A stretch of 30,951 bases of DNA from an uncultured virus (IMG/VR IMGVR_UViG_2061766007_001503) (lineage: Duplodnaviria > Heunggongvirae > Uroviricota > Caudoviricetes): IMG/VR virus record IMGVR_UViG_2061766007_001503; one strand, written 5' to 3'. Every line of letters starts with the position of its first letter. The stretch's first letter is position 1. Shown in pieces: positions 14,401 to 23,730 of this stretch. The notes beneath the pieces were generated by a model that was not told the origin of the DNA, made no database searches, and was given only the letters and a program-made list of their open reading frames with translations. Made by a program: the position numbers and the translations under genes.

Positions 14401-14675
14401 AATTATCTAAAAATATAATTTGTAGTCTTAATCCAATTGCATATGAATTTAAAAATAGACTTGGGGAATATCATAGAGGATTTTCAGCTCAACAAGTTGA
14501 AGAAATCATGAAAGATAATAATCTTCCAGAAATGGTCTATAGATATAAACAGGATACTGATAAATATTATATTGCACAAGATGAATTGATACCAGATCTT
14601 GTAAATTGTATACAAGATTTGTATAAACAAATTCAAGAGTTAAAGGAGAAAATTGAAAATGAACACACAACTTGA
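8480..14675 (+). CDS. Giant (~2060 aa) tail / host-specificity protein with C-terminal intramolecular chaperone (peptidase S74-like) domain; split in the ORF track by 8 N-gaps
   Basis: Track fragments starting at 8480, 8665, 9324, 9728, 11646, 12404 and 13113 each break at N-gaps. The segments 8626-8665, 9168-9324, 9545-9728, 12371-12404 and 12906-13113 read open, in frame with the next fragment. It carries beta-strand repeats (KFYVDENG, GFYLDGTGLSIG, VYIGTDGIRVG). The C-terminus SDIRTK...LNPIAYEFK...HRGFSAQQVEE...ELIPDLVNCIQDLYKQIQELK matches the tail-fibre chaperone pattern. A gene boundary hidden in the 295-nt gap cannot be excluded. Confidence 0.8.
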
Positions 14676-14862
14676 AGCACTTCGTAGAAAACTTACTAAC
14701 ATAATTGCAGAAGAGCAACTTCCAATTGGAGTTGTATATCTTGCAGTTAAAGACCTTGCTAATGAACTTGGTACTCTTTATGATCAAGCTCTCACACAAG
14801 AGTATCAGAAAGCAAAGGCTGAAAAAGCAAAAGAAGAACAAGTAACTACTGAGGAGGTCTGA
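14659..14862 (+). CDS. Small helical hypothetical protein (~67 aa), overlapping the tail protein stop
   Basis: AAAGGAG at 14642-14648 precedes ATG 14659 (alternative TTG 14653). TGA at 14862 is immediately followed by the holin start. Confidence 0.8.
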   Translation: MNTQLEALRRKLTNIIAEEQLPIGVVYLAVKDLANELGTLYDQALTQEYQKAKAEKAKEEQVTTEEV

Positions 14863-14863
14863 T

Positions 14864-15193
14864 ATGTATATTAAACTTATTGCAGTAATTATCGTTTTAG
14901 TTTTAATTGCGGCCGCCGCCATTATAGCGTTTATTAATCTTCCTGTTGAGAAGCGTAAAGAAAATGTTAAGGAATGGCTTAAGTGGGCTGTTGTAACCGC
15001 AGAACAGGCTTTAGGATCTGGTACAGGTCAGTTAAAGCTTCGTATGGTTTATGGTATGGCGGTTGAAAAGTTTCCTTGGATTGCATCATTTATTAGTTTT
15101 GAAGTATTTAGTAAATGGGTAGATGAAGCACTTGAGTGGATGAATCAACAGCTTGATAGCAATAAAGCGGTTAAAGAGTATATTAATAACTAA
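14864..15193 (+). CDS. Putative holin (LL-H-like, single N-terminal TM)
   Basis: Hydrophobic N-terminus (LIAVIIVLVLIAAAAIIAFI), then WLKWAVVTAEQALGSGTGQLKLRMVY, a motif typical of Firmicute phage LL-H-family holins. GAGGAGG RBS. Confidence 0.8.
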   Translation: MYIKLIAVIIVLVLIAAAAIIAFINLPVEKRKENVKEWLKWAVVTAEQALGSGTGQLKLRMVYGMAVEKFPWIASFISFEVFSKWVDEALEWMNQQLDSNKAVKEYINN

Positions 15194-15198
15194 TTTAT

Positions 15199-15231
15199 AG
15201 AGGGGATGTAGAGATACATCCCCTCTTTTTT
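15199..15231 (+). terminator. Rho-independent terminator after the holin
   Basis: 12-bp stem AGAGGGGATGTA / TACATCCCCTCT with a GAGA tetraloop, followed by TTTTT. Confidence 0.9.
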
Positions 15232-15313
15232 GGTTATAAGTCTTTAATTTATTTTAAGCAAAATATAATTATTTAGAAGGAAAAACTTCATATAATAAGG
15301 AAGAGGTGATAAT

Positions 15314-15820
15314 ATGATAGAATTAATTAATACTTATGGCGTTGATCAAATTATTGTTTTAATCATTATGCTTTCTTGTGCTATAAAAGGTATGCTTGAT
15401 TTTGTTGAATGGGTAATGAAAAAATATCAAAATAGATTTAATATAGAGTATAATAAAAAAAGACGAGAAGAAAAAATAGATAATCAATATGAGATTTGCG
15501 CAAAACAGCACAAAGCATTAATTGAGAGGTATGAATCACTTGATGAAAAGTTGGACGCCGCATATGGTGCATTTAAATTAAGATTAGATGGTATTGAAGA
15601 TAAAGTGGATCAACTTACTGAATCTGATATGCATGATATTAAAGGATGGATTGTAGAAAGACATCATTTATTAAAAGCTCAAGGATGGGTTGATGATTTT
15701 ACTATGGATACTATTGAGAAAAGATATTCTGATTATGTGGCAGAACATGGAAATTCTTATATCAAAGGATTAATAGATGAGATTCGCGCACTTCCAAACG
15801 GAACTCATATTCCAAAATAA
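15314..15820 (+). CDS. Membrane-anchored coiled-coil protein, holin-like / lysis-associated
   Basis: N-terminal TM (IIVLIIMLSCAIKGMLDFV), a coiled coil, and C-terminal IEKRYSDYVAEHGNSYIKGLIDEIRAL. This resembles the Y-x-x-Y-x-x-x-x-G-N motif of holin-like proteins in Firmicute phage lysis cassettes. Confidence 0.65.
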   Translation: MIELINTYGVDQIIVLIIMLSCAIKGMLDFVEWVMKKYQNRFNIEYNKKRREEKIDNQYEICAKQHKALIERYESLDEKLDAAYGAFKLRLDGIEDKVDQLTESDMHDIKGWIVERHHLLKAQGWVDDFTMDTIEKRYSDYVAEHGNSYIKGLIDEIRALPNGTHIPK

Positions 15821-15852
15821 TTTTAAATTTGAGATAAAAGGAGGGCAGATAA

Positions 15853-17999
15853 ATGGCATCAACAATAATATATCCGCCTAATTTACCTAGTTATATTCCC
15901 GCAGGTAGTAGTAGTGGTATACAGCAGGATTTTTCTATTAAATTTAATATACCTAGTTTTATGGCTGCTAATATTTCTAGTATTCATGAAATTCAAGTTG
16001 CTATTGTTAAAGCTGATACTGGTAAAAGTGTTGTTAATAAAAATTATAATTCTAGGGGTTATTATTGTAATTCTGGAATTATTTTAGTAGAAAATGATTG
16101 GTATATTGATGAAGATGGAACAGGATATGTATATATATCTGGAAATTGTGTTTCTGGTGATGATGATTATAATAGTAATGAATCTTCTGGAGGAATTTCT
16201 CCAAAAATAGGCCCTGTAATATCAAAAGATAGTAGCGGGTGGCAACCAGGTTGGGTATATAAAATACAAATTCGTTTTTCAACTGAANNNNNNNNNNNNN
16301 NNNNTCTTTTGGGCAAAGTGCTTATTTAAATTATTTTGCTTCTTATTTTTCAGAATGGTCTACATTTTGTTTATATAAATATATAGGTAGTGTAAATATT
16401 ACAAGTTCTTATTTTAGTTCTTGGAGCACTCAATATCCTGTTAATACTTTAGTAAAATTTAGTGGTGATTTTGTTTGCGAAGATACTACTGAAACATTAT
16501 ATTCTTATAAATTATATTTAAAGCGTGAAGTTTATATTGAAGAACGTGATGATTGGGATTATGAATTAGTTGAAGAGTCTGATACTATTTATACCAATCA
16601 ATATGTAGATACTAATAAAATAGATTATACTTTTAAAACTAGATTAAATAATAGTTATGAATATTATCGTATTGAAGTTTATTATACAACAAAAAATTTA
16701 TATGAAAGTTATCAATCTTTTGATTTTTATNNNNNNNNNNNNNNNNNNTATCTCTTATTACTCTTGAAAATTTAGATTTAATTATTGATACAGATTTTAT
16801 TAATGATTTTAATTCTCATACTTCTTTACCTCTTGAAGAAGAAGAAGGTAGAATTGCTTTAAANNNNNNNNNNNNNNNNNNNNNNNNNNNNNNNNNNNNN
16901 NNNNNNNNNNNNNNNNNNNNNNNNNNNNNNAAGAGCAAGTAGTAAAGATAATTTTTCTCAATGGGAAACAATTAAATCTGTATCTCCTTTATTAATTTTA
17001 AATATTCCATATTTAGATGAAGAATCATATAATTATGATTTTTCTGCTGATACAAAAGAACAATTAGTATATTTAGCAAGTCATGTAAATGCGTGGCCTA
17101 TGATATATGATTATACTGTTGAAAGTGGAGTTTGGTATAAATATGCGGTTCAAGAATTAACTTATACTGAAGTGGTTCAAGAAGAAAATAATGATGAGCC
17201 AGAGCCAGATCCAAAAAAGGGTTCTGNNNNNNNNNNNNTGAAGGAGAAGCAGAGCCTAAAGAATCAGTAGAAGAAGAACCTATATCTTTTGAGCCTATAC
17301 CCGCAGAAGAAAATGATGATGAAGAAAATAATGATATTCTTGTTCAAGGGCCTACTATTACCCAAATAAGAGAAATGCAATTAGAAACACCTATATATCG
17401 TATTTTTGAATTCAGTTATCTTTTAGGTGAAAATGGTCAGCAATTAAAACTTAAATATGATAATACTATGAATAGTTATGTTTATAATGTTATGGATCAA
17501 AAAATAGATACTATTGGCGGTAAATTTCCTTTTATTTCTCGAAATGGTAATGTTGAATATAGAACACTTCCTATTAATGGATTAATTTCATTTAATATGG
17601 ATGATCAAAAAACGTTTATTACTGATTTAGATTTATATAAATATCAATCAATAGTTGATTTATATAATCAAAGAAAACATCAAAATGAGAAAACTGCTTT
17701 CTATGATTATATAAGAGAAAGAGATTTTAGAGAAGCAGTTTTAAAATTTCTCCGCAGTGGTAAACCTAAATTATTTAGGTCTTCTAGCGAAGGAAATATT
17801 ATTGTTCGATTAATGTCAGTTAATGCTCAGCCAAATCAGAGTTTAAATAGAATGATTTATAGTTTTTCTTCTCAAGCANNNNNNNNNNNNNNNNNNNNNN
17901 NNNNNNNNNNNNNNNNNNNNNNNNNNNNNNNNNNNNNNNNNNNNNNNNNNNNNNNNNNNNNNNTTACCAGATCCCTCATTCCCAGATCCCGTCATGTGA
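15853..17999 (+). CDS. Large tail/baseplate structural protein (~700 aa) with FnIII-like motifs; split by 5 N-gaps
   Basis: RBS AAGGAGG. Open frames lie between the gaps: SFGQSAYLNYFASYFSEWSTFCLYK..., SLITLENL...EEEEGRIALK, RASSKDNFSQWE...DYTVESGVWYKYAVQ, EGEAEPKE...QLKLKYDN...KIDTIGGKFPFI...PKLFRSSSEGNIIVRLM. The likely end is LPDPSFPDPVM-TGA 17999, or 18010 as in the track, depending on the true gap length. Confidence 0.7.
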
Positions 18000-18016
18000 G
18001 TTGGAGGTAAAAATAA

Positions 18017-20479
18017 ATGAATATAACTTCATATTTATCAGATTATGATTTTTTAAAAGAGTTGGACCAAGAACAATTAAAGGNNNNNNNNNNNNNNNNN
18101 NNNNNNNNNNNNNNNNNNNNNNNNNNNNNNNNNNNGGAAAATCCTATTCGAGCTATTGAGGGCAGGGTATCTGGAGGTTCACTTTCTATAAATGGTAGTT
18201 CTTCTGTAAGAAGAGCTGGTTCTATAACTTTCGTGGCTGAAGAANNNNNNNNNNNNNNNNNNNNNNNNNNNNNNNNNNNNNNNNNNNNNNNNNNNNNNNN
18301 NNNNNNNNNNNNNNNNNNNNNNNNNNATAATATAAATGATAATTATGATAAAATTGTATGGTTTAATCAAGGTATTTATATTATTTCTCAACCAAGTATT
18401 ACACATAATTTACAAGGTGTAACAATTAATTTACAATTTAAAGATAAAATGTGTTTACTTAATGGGGAGGCTGGAGGTAATTTACCTACCTCCATTACTT
18501 TCCATGAGTATGATCAAGTAATTGGGCTTGATGATAATAATGGTCAAGATGCAGATTATTATATAAGAACAACAGAAACATCTGGAGATAATGTATATAC
18601 ATCAGATTTATATTTACCAAATGACTCTGATGTAGTTGAAATAGATGGACCTATTGATATTCCAGGTGCGCACAATGAAGATACATATCGTATTGACTTT
18701 AAAGATGAAACTATTTTTAATTTACAAGAATTAGATATGCTCCAAATTGACCCCCCTGGATTGCTTGGTTATCCAGATTTTCCAGAAAATCCAAATACAT
18801 ATACAATATATGTAGTAAGAGGAAAATATTATAGATGGGATGAAATTCGTAGTTGGTATAGCGTGCCTGATGCCAGTGCAGTAGGTACAATAGAAACAAT
18901 ACCGCAAAGAATATTTGATATTATTCAAACATTAGTTTGTAATTTTGGAGAGGAAGATATTTCCAAAATTATAATTAATGATGTTCCTCTTGAATTAAAA
19001 GCATCTGTAAGATGGAGCGGCGCGACTTCATTATATTATAATGTTGCTACTGGAAGATATACTACTAATGCTGCGGATGTGGCTGCTGAAACGGGCGAGT
19101 GGCATACATTTAATTATAATGAAGATTGTGGATATATTTATACAGATTTTACATATCCAGGAGAATTGATTTCTTCTTTTGGAGATAATATTTGTACTAT
19201 TCTTGATAAAATAGTTTCTGTATTAGGAAATTATGAATATTTTTATGATGTAGATGGCAATTTTATTTTTCAAGAAAAGAAAAATTATCTTAATACAAGT
19301 TATTTACCTTTTGGTCAAATTGGTAAAGAAATTCCATATCAAGCAAGTACTTTAACTTATACACAAGGTATTTTAAATTTAAATAATTTTGAAGTAGATT
19401 TTAGTCATTCTAGAAAATCTATTTATACTTTTGATGAAGGAAGTGTTTTAATAACTTCTTATAGTAATAATCCTAATTATGGAAATATTAAAAATGATTT
19501 TCATATATGGGGTAAAAGTGATAGTGGGTTACCTATTCATTACCATGTTGTTATTAAAGAGAAGCCTGCAAGTCCTACTCAAGANNNNNNNNNNNNNNNN
19601 CTGGTCAAATAAAAATGGGAACTGAAGCTGACTATGATAATGATAGTATTTCTCCGAATGGCGGAGGAGTTAGGCCTAAAGAAGGTAAAGCTAAGCCCCT
19701 CCCTGGGATTATTGATAATGGAATCCCATCTAATTGGACGAATAGTAGATATATTCCTTATTCTAAATATCAATCAAGTTCTAAAGTTAGGTTAGGTAGT
19801 TCTGATAAATATATGTATGATTGGCGAGTACAACTTTATTTACAAGGATTATATAAAGCTGCTAATCAAATAAGACCAGATATTTATGAGCAGGAAATGT
19901 TAGATTTATTACCAGATATTTATGATTTTTATAAGCATGAATATAAAGAAGATATCGTAAATAGACCTAATGATTTATTATATTGGGTTGATTTTCTTTT
20001 ACCAGCATATTTAAGAAATATTTCTGTTGATAATATTGGAACCAGAATTCATAGTTATCAAAAAGATAAAATTATTAAAATGTATGATAGTGATATCCCT
20101 GATATAATTATGATTAATACATCTTGGGATGAAAAAACTCAAGCATATATNNNNNNNNNNNNNNNNNNNNNNNNNNNNNNNNNNNNNNNNNNNNTGTTCC
20201 AAGTGCTATTTATGATAATCTTGCAATTGGAACTGTAGGGTATAGTGCTCAAGAAACAATGCGTGATTTACTTTATCAAGATACTGATTATTTATCTAGT
20301 ATTAGTTTAACAAGTATTCCNNNNNNNNNNNNNNNNNNNNNNNNNNNNNNNNNNNNNATGGAGATTATATAATTAATTCAATTAATTTACCATTAGATCC
20401 TAAAAATACAATGACCATTTCCGCTTCAAGAGCATTAAGTAGAAATATGGAAATTCAAAGTGAAAGTCCACTAAAATAA
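18017..20479 (+). CDS. Baseplate hub-like / minor tail structural protein (~820 aa); split by 5 N-gaps
   Basis: GGAGG RBS at 18003-18007. Motifs IEGRVSGGSLSINGSSSVRR, KDKMCLLNG, LGNYEYFYDVDGNFIFQEK and NIKNDFHIWG. ORFs 18017..19612 and 19615..20238 join at a gap. The final segment reads GDYIINSINLPLDPKNTMTISASRALSRNMEIQSESPLK-TAA 20479. Function is inferred from context and general resemblance to hub proteins. Confidence 0.7.
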
Positions 20480-20497
20480 AGGAGGAAAAGGAGAAAA

Positions 20498-21238
20498 ATG
20501 CCAGAAGGAAAAGTTTTTGAAGGTGAAATTCCTGCCACAGAAGGTGAAGATATAGCAGAAGTTATACCGGCTAACTCACAATCAACAGTTCCTCTCTTGT
20601 CTAGAGTAAGAATTAAAAAAAATACAACAGGCGAATATTCCCCTCCTCTTCCTTTTGGGGGAGATGCCAGAGCTGTTAAATTACTTTTTGATTATAATGG
20701 AGATATTATAACTGATCCAAATTCATCTGATATTGACGATATAACACCTTTAGCTGATTATTTAAATGAATTAAATTACCGATTAAGTAATTATTATGCC
20801 CCTAAAAATCATACAAGTTCAACTGATGAATATGGTTCAGCTTCATCAAGTTCATATGGACATGTTAAATTAGGAGATACTATCACAATAGATGAAAGTA
20901 CTGGGGCTATTATGATAGATCCCACTAAAGTAGTATTTACATTAGATCCTAGATTAACGGGCCAACGAGAGCCATTCCCGCATGCTAGCGATGATACTAC
21001 ATATGGTAAGGGGGATGATACTTATTATGGTCATGTAAAATTATCAGATAATTATTATGAAGTAGAAAATAATGAAACTGCTTATTACGGAGTGGGAGCG
21101 TCTGCATATGCTTTACAAACTGCTTATGTTGATTTAAAGTCTACTTTAGATTCATTATTAACTCACGAGGAAGCAGAAAATATTTTAGTTTCTTCTATTG
21201 ATGCGGCGGTAGGTAGTATTTTATCTACCAGATATTAA
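20498..21238 (+). CDS. Tail fibre-repeat protein (246 aa)
   Basis: Two H-x6-YG-x6-YGHVKL repeats (20810-20878, 20981-21050), followed by GASAYALQ, resembling phage tail-fibre repeats of the G-x-V-K-L-S-D...A-T/S-x-x-A-V type. RBS GGAG. Confidence 0.7.
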   Translation: MPEGKVFEGEIPATEGEDIAEVIPANSQSTVPLLSRVRIKKNTTGEYSPPLPFGGDARAVKLLFDYNGDIITDPNSSDIDDITPLADYLNELNYRLSNYYAPKNHTSSTDEYGSASSSSYGHVKLGDTITIDESTGAIMIDPTKVVFTLDPRLTGQREPFPHASDDTTYGKGDDTYYGHVKLSDNYYEVENNETAYYGVGASAYALQTAYVDLKSTLDSLLTHEEAENILVSSIDAAVGSILSTRY

Positions 21239-21250
21239 GGAGGTACTAAA

Positions 21251-23158
21251 ATGGCTTTAAAAGGTAATGGAATTGATACTATAATTTTACATGATTATTA
21301 TTATGAAAATTATCCTTATCTTTTGTCACTTGATGCATTTAATATTATGTTTAAATTTAATCATAATTGGACAGAAGATAATAATGGAAATACTCCATTA
21401 ATAGAAGAAATGTCTGTCGCAGATTTTCTTAAGAGAATAGATGATCAATATAAAATACTTAAAGAAAATTCAAATCTTGCACCAATTTATCATGCTAGTG
21501 AATTAACAATATATGGAATTGCAAGTAAAACAAAATTTGGGCATATTAAAGTTAATGCAAGAGATGGTTTTTATATTCGTGAAGATTCTGATTCAGAAGA
21601 CCCTACTACATTTCTTGAAGTTATGGATTCATTTGAACCTACTAATTATTTTATACAACAATTAAGACAATATTATAAAAGTTTAACATCTAAAGAAATT
21701 CCCATTAGATCAGGAGAAAGTCTTTACTTAGCTACTGATGCAGATATTCCAGAAGCTGCGTATCCTATTGCACATGCGACTAATACTGATAAATATGGGA
21801 TAGGTACTACTTCATTATATGGTCATGTTAAATTATATGATAATTATAAAGTTAAATTTGAAACTCCTCCAAAAAGAGTATTTACATCTGTACCTTGGTT
21901 AGTTGATAAAACTAATGCTATTTGCGGAGGCTTTTCTAGACAGCCTGGATCTTTAGGTGGCTCCCCTTTTTTCTATTGTATTAAAAAGTTACCTGCTGAT
22001 GAAAATAATTCTGATGGATATGATAGAAATTTAGTTGTATATAATTTTAATACTTTTGAATGGGATACTTTAGATTGGATAGTTAAACCCGAGGATTTAT
22101 TAGCCTATGATGAATCTCTTAATACTATATATTATTGTGAGCAAGATGGCGATTATAGCTTATCTATTGGATGTATGAATCCATCTGATTGGAACTCTAG
22201 AGATTGGGTTTCTGTTAATATTAATAATTGCAGGAGTTGGGATGATATTGCAGTTTGTTGCCATAATGGAAGATTAATGTTATGTGCAACTTATCCAAAC
22301 GATTCTTATGTGTATCTTTATAAAGCTAGAAATGATTATTCTAGTGGAGATTATCATTATTATAGTGTTAATGATTATGTTTGGGATTATTATGATTCTA
22401 TGTTAGATTACTTTCATACAGCTCAGAAAAATGCCGTAATTGCTGTAACTCCTGTCGAATTAAAAAATTATGGTTTTATTGGTGTTGAATATATAGATCA
22501 AGGCCAAGCTGTTGCTTATACTGATAAAGGTCGAAAATATATAGGAACAGTTGGACAAGAATATGGAACGGAGTATGGATCTCGTATTGGATATTATGCG
22601 AGCGTTGTTTATCATGGAGAAACTCATATTATTGCTTGTTCATTAGGACCAAATGGTGAAACTGCGATAGGACAACATTATAAACATATATTTATAGGAC
22701 CAAATGCAAGACACTATGAATTACTTGAAGATAATATAAGTTTTCTTTATAATTATTTTCAAATGGAATATTATGATGATGAATATTATTTAAATCATGC
22801 AGGCTTGGCTGTTACTATATTTATGGATCATATTTGTATTGCAGTAGTAGATCATACTTCAGATGAACCAAAAACAAATTTATGGTTTTGGAATGAAACA
22901 GATGGTTGGACAAATGGACTGGATACTAAATATTTTAGAAATTATGGTATTAATATTCCAGATCCAGAGCCTCAAAAAGGTGAGATAAATGAAAGCGCAG
23001 GTATATGCGCTTCCGCATATGCGGTACAATCTATGAATCATGATTTTGTTCTTGAGTTAGAAAATAGACAACCTATGGTTGAACGAACATTTAGAAATGA
23101 AACTATAGATCATGTTCTTGAATATGTAGGAGTTGATCCACGACAAGAAGCAATGTAA
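21251..23158 (+). CDS. Tail fibre-repeat protein (635 aa) with a large inserted aromatic/beta-rich domain
   Basis: Same repeats as the upstream gene (HASELTIYGIASKTKFGHIKV, HATNTDKYGIGTTSLYGHVKLYDNY) and C-terminal CASAYAVQ. RBS AAGGAGG. No gaps. Confidence 0.7.
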   Translation: MALKGNGIDTIILHDYYYENYPYLLSLDAFNIMFKFNHNWTEDNNGNTPLIEEMSVADFLKRIDDQYKILKENSNLAPIYHASELTIYGIASKTKFGHIKVNARDGFYIREDSDSEDPTTFLEVMDSFEPTNYFIQQLRQYYKSLTSKEIPIRSGESLYLATDADIPEAAYPIAHATNTDKYGIGTTSLYGHVKLYDNYKVKFETPPKRVFTSVPWLVDKTNAICGGFSRQPGSLGGSPFFYCIKKLPADENNSDGYDRNLVVYNFNTFEWDTLDWIVKPEDLLAYDESLNTIYYCEQDGDYSLSIGCMNPSDWNSRDWVSVNINNCRSWDDIAVCCHNGRLMLCATYPNDSYVYLYKARNDYSSGDYHYYSVNDYVWDYYDSMLDYFHTAQKNAVIAVTPVELKNYGFIGVEYIDQGQAVAYTDKGRKYIGTVGQEYGTEYGSRIGYYASVVYHGETHIIACSLGPNGETAIGQHYKHIFIGPNARHYELLEDNISFLYNYFQMEYYDDEYYLNHAGLAVTIFMDHICIAVVDHTSDEPKTNLWFWNETDGWTNGLDTKYFRNYGINIPDPEPQKGEINESAGICASAYAVQSMNHDFVLELENRQPMVERTFRNETIDHVLEYVGVDPRQEAM

Positions 23159-23175
23159 TTTCATTATAAAATTAC

Positions 23176-23204
23176 TTGACTAGTTAAAAAATTTTTGATA
23201 TAAT
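23176..23204 (+). promoter_or_regulatory. sigma70/sigmaA promoter with extended -10 for the resolvase gene
   Basis: TTGACT (23176-23181), 17-nt spacer, TG-A-TATAAT (TATAAT 23199-23204). AGGAGG RBS at 23211-23216. Confidence 0.85.
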
Positions 23205-23226
23205 GTAGATAGGAGGAAATGAAAAA

Positions 23227-23724
23227 ATGGGAAATATATTAGCTATAGATGCATCAACTAAAAGAACTGGCTTAGCAGCAATAGTTGATGGTGAACTTAA
23301 ATATGATGTAATTGCTTCCGCCTCTAATTCTACTGAAAAAAGAATTACCATTATGAGAGATGGAATTTTAGATTATGTCAAAAAGAATAATATAGATAAA
23401 ATTATTTTTGAAGAGGTTAGATTTGATCTTTCTAATGCTAGAACATATCAAGTCTTAACCTGGCTTCAAGGATGTGTTGTAGTAGCCTTATATGAATACA
23501 ATAAAAATTTAAATGTTGATTTCATAGGAGCCACTACATGGCGCTCTGACTTAGGACTTCAGAAGTATGGAGTTAAGAGAGACGCGCAAAAATTAATGGA
23601 TATAGCATATGCAAATAAGACATATAATTTATCATTAACAAATGAACAAGATGATGAAGCGGATGCGATTTGTATTTTAACCGCTTATTTAAAACAACAA
23701 GAACCACCAAAAGGTGCGTGGTAA
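23227..23724 (+). CDS. ruvC: RuvC-like Holliday junction resolvase
   Basis: RNase H-fold catalytic motifs ILAIDASTKRTG, IIFEE and DEADAICI. 165 aa. Confidence 0.85.
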   Translation: MGNILAIDASTKRTGLAAIVDGELKYDVIASASNSTEKRITIMRDGILDYVKKNNIDKIIFEEVRFDLSNARTYQVLTWLQGCVVVALYEYNKNLNVDFIGATTWRSDLGLQKYGVKRDAQKLMDIAYANKTYNLSLTNEQDDEADAICILTAYLKQQEPPKGAW

Positions 23725-23730
23725 AACAAG

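Noticed and set aside
17967..17990. Direct repeat CCAGATCCC x2
   Set aside because: It encodes a PDP-x-x-PDP peptide repeat at the probable gene end and is too short to be meaningful.
8480..20479. Stop-codon recoding (code 15 or 4) or pseudogenisation as the cause of fragmented tail ORFs
   Set aside because: Every break coincides with an N-gap. Segments between gaps read open in code 11, and multi-kb gap-free stretches have no internal stops.
13113..23158. Diversity-generating retroelement or invertible tail-fibre cassette
   Set aside because: No reverse transcriptase or recombinase gene, and I saw no template/variable repeat pair or inverted crossover sites. The fibre repeats are short and diverged at DNA level.
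23227..23724. RuvC-like ORF as a TnpB/Cas12-type RNA-guided nuclease
   Set aside because: It is only 165 aa with a contiguous resolvase fold and no zinc finger. There is no adjacent repeat array and no room for a guide RNA before the terminator.
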